From positions 53,448-77,447 of the forward strand of contig JBGPQV010000003.1 in the NCBI GenBank assembly GCA_041489255.1: DNA of 24,000 nucleotides, read 5' to 3'. The position numbers and the translations under genes are program-made. Below, piece by piece: positions 21,171-24,000 of the stretch. The stretch's first letter is position 1, and each line of letters opens with the position of its first letter. The notes below the pieces were generated by a model. The model was not told the DNA's origin, searched no databases, and worked only from the letters and a program-made list of their open reading frames with translations. This DNA is from Thermoplasmata archaeon (GTDB taxonomy: Archaea; Thermoplasmatota; Thermoplasmata; RBG-16-68-12; JAFNFQ01).

Positions 21171-23090
21171 ATGGCATTAACCAATTCGCCGCGAATCGAG
21201 TCGCTGTTATCCGCCCGCTTGTTCATGGACCCCCAGGTCGTCGGGAACCGCATCTTCTTCATCAGCAATATGAGCGGCCAGATGAGCCTCTACGCGATGG
21301 ACCGTGGCGGGAGCGTCCCCGAGCCGCTCATCCCGCCGGACATCGCCATGCAGAACCCGATGCTCATCGGCGGCTACTCCTATTGCGTGCTCCCCAAGCT
21401 CGGCAAGATAGTCCTCATGCTCGATCGGCATGGAGACGAGAACTACCAGCCAGTGGTCGTCCCCATCGATGGCGGCTATCCGGAACCGATCTTCAGCAAT
21501 GAGCTTGCGGATAAGCGCGTTCACATGGACGCGCCGGACATGAAACGGAACATCGTTTACTTCCCGACGGAGTCACGCAAGGAGCAGATGATCTACACCT
21601 ACCAGGCAGACCTCAGGAGGATGAAGTTGCGGCTCATGGGGAAGGGCACTTGGGGGCCATGGCTTGACACCGCAAACGAGACGCACGACAGAGCCGTCCT
21701 CATCGACGGGTACACGGCGGCGGATAACGTGCTCTACCTGTGGGAGAAGGGGGCGAAAGAGCGCAGGCTGCTGTACGGCAAGCCGATCGAGGAACGAAAG
21801 GAGGGTGAGATTGTCCCCTTGAACGGCATCAGCAATAGTCAGTTCATAGAGGACGACCGAGGCCTCATCTTCATCACGTATCTGTTCGACGACGCTGGCG
21901 GGCTCGGGTACATCGACCTTGCGAAACCCGAGAAGATAACGCCCGTGGCGGTGAAAGGGACTGTCCACGAAGGGAGAGGAATGCTCGAGTCTCTGCATCA
22001 TCTCGAAGAGGACCGGTATTCGCTGTGCTACAACATCGACGGGTGCTCATGGCTATATGAAGGGACGTACCACACCGCCGCCAAGGAGATGAGGATTGAA
22101 GCTACCGTGTGCGGCACCGTAGGACTATCCAGCGGGATGCTGCAGTCTCACCGTTATGATAAGGCAAGGAAGCGTTGGGCTCTCACATACTCTACCGCCA
22201 CATCGCCGGCTCAGATCTACACGGTCGAGGGGAAGGAACGCAAGGTGACGAGGCAGACGAACGAGCGAGTCCTCGCAATCCCGCCGGAACTGCTCTCACC
22301 GGGCGAGGATGCGTCGTATGAGTCGTTCGACGGCACTCGCGTTTCTGCACGTCTCTACCATCCCCCCGCCTCGCTCGGTTTCGAGGGAATGCGGCCGCTC
22401 GTCTACTACGTACATGGAGGGCCGCAGAGCCAGGAGAGGCCTGACTTCGCTTGGTTCTCAATGCCCCTGATACAGTTCCTCGCAATGAACGGGTTCGCCA
22501 TATTCGTGCCCAATGTCAGGGGGAGCTCGGGGTACGGGCTGAACTACATGAAGCAGGTGGACAAGGACTGGGGCGGGAAGGACAGGCTGGACCACGTGCA
22601 CGCGATGACGAAGGTGCTGCCCAAGGACAGGAGGCTGGACGTGTCGAGGGCGGCGGTGGTCGGCCGCTCATATGGCGGCTACATGACGCTGACTTTGGCA
22701 GCGAGGCACCCGGACCTCTGGGCAGCGGCCTGCGACATGTTCGGTCCGTACGACCTGATCAAGTTCTACGACAGGATTCCGGAGACATGGAAACCCACTT
22801 TCGCTCTGACGATGGGGGATCCGGTGAAGGACCGCGATTTCTTCATCGAGCGGTCTCCGAAGACATACATCGAGAACGTCTCGTGCCCCCTTCTCGTCAT
22901 CCAGGGCAAGAACGACCCCAGGGTCGTGGAGAAGGAATCGATGGATCTAGTTGAACAGCTGCGTTCGAAGGGGAAGGATGTGGAGTTCCTTGTGTTCGAG
23001 GATGAGGGGCATGACGTCATCAAGTTCCCCAACAAGGTCAGGTGCTACAACACGATCAAGGAGTTCTTCACGAGTAGATTGAAGCCGTGA
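21171..23090 (+). CDS. S9 (prolyl oligopeptidase / acylaminoacyl-peptidase family) serine peptidase (639 aa)
   Basis: The C-terminal alpha/beta-hydrolase domain carries GRSYGGYM (nucleophile elbow GxSxGG), GKNDPRV (Asp) and EDEGHDV (His). The N-terminal beta-propeller-like half is also present. The start at 21171 (MALTNSP) is preceded by GGAGG 10 nt upstream. The track's 97 extra N-terminal codons overlap the divergent SBBP gene and are rejected. Confidence 0.85.
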   Translation: MALTNSPRIESLLSARLFMDPQVVGNRIFFISNMSGQMSLYAMDRGGSVPEPLIPPDIAMQNPMLIGGYSYCVLPKLGKIVLMLDRHGDENYQPVVVPIDGGYPEPIFSNELADKRVHMDAPDMKRNIVYFPTESRKEQMIYTYQADLRRMKLRLMGKGTWGPWLDTANETHDRAVLIDGYTAADNVLYLWEKGAKERRLLYGKPIEERKEGEIVPLNGISNSQFIEDDRGLIFITYLFDDAGGLGYIDLAKPEKITPVAVKGTVHEGRGMLESLHHLEEDRYSLCYNIDGCSWLYEGTYHTAAKEMRIEATVCGTVGLSSGMLQSHRYDKARKRWALTYSTATSPAQIYTVEGKERKVTRQTNERVLAIPPELLSPGEDASYESFDGTRVSARLYHPPASLGFEGMRPLVYYVHGGPQSQERPDFAWFSMPLIQFLAMNGFAIFVPNVRGSSGYGLNYMKQVDKDWGGKDRLDHVHAMTKVLPKDRRLDVSRAAVVGRSYGGYMTLTLAARHPDLWAAACDMFGPYDLIKFYDRIPETWKPTFALTMGDPVKDRDFFIERSPKTYIENVSCPLLVIQGKNDPRVVEKESMDLVEQLRSKGKDVEFLVFEDEGHDVIKFPNKVRCYNTIKEFFTSRLKP

Positions 23091-23283
23091 GTGATCGTGG
23101 CCTGATCGCTGGCCAGACAGACCCGCTCTGAACCCCGCTGTGAACCGCCATCCTGACAAGGTTCTCTCGGCAGCGGATCGTCCATTGAGCCTACAGTTGA
23201 TCCGGCAAGAAGATACATCGGGTGGATGCCCATCTTCGAGGTTTATTGTCAGACTCTCCGGGCAGACCGGCCCAGCACGAATA

Positions 23284-23322
23284 TGAAAAAATAAGGCCGT
23301 CCGCAATTATGGAGGACGGCCT
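23284..23322 (-). terminator. Hairpin plus U-tract terminator for the small membrane-protein gene
   Basis: A 9-bp perfect stem (AGGCCGTCC at 23294-23302 pairing with GGACGGCCT at 23314-23322) with an 11-nt loop. On the minus strand it is followed by TTATTTTTT (23285-23293). It lies about 60 nt after the stop at 23380. Confidence 0.55.
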
Positions 23323-23379
23323 CGTTGTGGAGGGATGCTTGTGCGATTATATCGCGAACCTGCTGAAGTAGATTGCGGT

Positions 23380-23598
23380 TCATTCTTGGGACTTCTCAAC
23401 GTCAGTTTGACGTTTCCAGACTGACCTGATGACAGACACGAGGAGGCCCGCTGCAAGCATGGTGCAGTCCACGCCCGTGCCCCAACCGATCAGAGGCGGG
23501 ATCCTGAGAGGCTCGAACGAGAGGGAGAGGATGCCCGTGGCGGCCTCTATAAGAACGAAGGGTAATGCCGTGAGAACGAAGGACTTCATCACCGCCAT
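23380..23598 (-). CDS. Small hypothetical membrane protein (72 aa, two predicted TM helices)
   Basis: Two hydrophobic stretches (FVLTALPFVLIEAATGILSL; GVDCTMLAAGLLVSVI) and a basic/acidic tail. A terminator-like hairpin lies downstream. No family was recognised. Confidence 0.5.
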   Translation of the reverse strand: MAVMKSFVLTALPFVLIEAATGILSLSFEPLRIPPLIGWGTGVDCTMLAAGLLVSVIRSVWKRQTDVEKSQE

Positions 23599-23714
23599 CT
23601 TGTCATTCCCGCCCGTTTGCGTGTTCTTTCACTGACATTCCTATGATGGTGCTTTCCTTGCTCGCACGGCCATCCAGCCTCCCGGTCTCCGGTGTGGCGG
23701 TTACTGAGGCATTT

Positions 23715-24000
23715 CTAGCAGCAAGGCACATGCCAGTCCTGGTCATCGGACAGCAGGACCCAGTACGCCGAGCCGGGGCACATGTTGGTCGTCGCCCACT
23801 CTGAAATCTCAATCCTCCTCAAGTTGTATGAGGTTGCGCCGCCGTCATAGACCTCGATCGCGCGCAAGCCGGAGACCTGCGCGGCGAAGTCCGCGAAAGT
23901 GTACGTCTCGTTGAAGGAGGGGAAGCCGATCAAGTTCCAGCCCGCCCTCAGCTCGACCACGATGCTCTCCGGGACCAGCCCGGCGATTGTCATCGTACCG
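23715..24000 (-). CDS. 3' part of a gene running off the window; C-terminal domain of a probable secreted protein
   Basis: The frame stays open upstream of the first Met (23993) to the window edge. GWNLIGFP ... PGSAYWV are motifs I associate with C-terminal beta-sandwich domains of surface proteins. The protein ends in CC*. Confidence 0.45.
   Translation of the reverse strand, partial: GTMTIAGLVPESIVVELRAGWNLIGFPSFNETYTFADFAAQVSGLRAIEVYDGGATSYNLRRIEISEWATTNMCPGSAYWVLLSDDQDWHVPCC

Noticed and set aside
1-24000. Search by eye for tRNA, rRNA, CRISPR repeats, integrase/att sites or prophage genes
   Set aside because: No cloverleaf-compatible GC-rich ~75-nt segment, rRNA-like conserved block, spaced identical repeats or recombinase ORF was seen. 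A covariance-model scan (tRNAscan-SE/Infernal) would be needed to exclude small RNAs formally.

Overview
GC-rich prokaryotic region, most likely archaeal, that looks accessory and is dominated by secreted or surface repeat proteins. Hand counts on single 60-nt lines range from about 43% to 63% GC. Left to right:
- A secreted 5x PKD protein (97-2565, +).
- A minus-strand locus resembling a polymorphic toxin system. It starts with a 2,867-aa secreted giant protein (5357-13960) carrying a signal peptide, about 9 PKD domains, two long thrombospondin-type-3 Ca-binding repeat arrays, a glycine-rich hydrophobic segment and an unassigned C-terminal module of about 224 aa.
- Three tandem paralogous 181-aa putative immunity genes follow it (4795-5340, 3928-4473, 3127-3672). 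At least one truncated copy of the giant's C-terminal end lies between them.
- A 1,048-bp IS5-family element (ISH1-like) with 18-bp inverted repeats and a perfect 8-bp target duplication, inserted 94 bp upstream of the giant gene.
- A triple zinc-ribbon protein (+).
- A tightly coupled minus-strand operon Ubl-E2-E1-JAB (18275 down to 15852). Its three conjugation components look specifically UFM1-, UFC1- and UBA5-like.
- An SBBP beta-propeller surface protein, an S9-family serine peptidase, a small membrane protein and a partial gene at the right edge.

No rRNA, tRNA or CRISPR array was recognised. The two best novelty candidates are (1) the UFMylation-type cascade paired with a JAMM protease and (2) the giant toxin with its array of immunity and orphan cassettes. 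All homology statements come from reading the translations by eye and recalling reference sequences from memory. None has been verified by a search.
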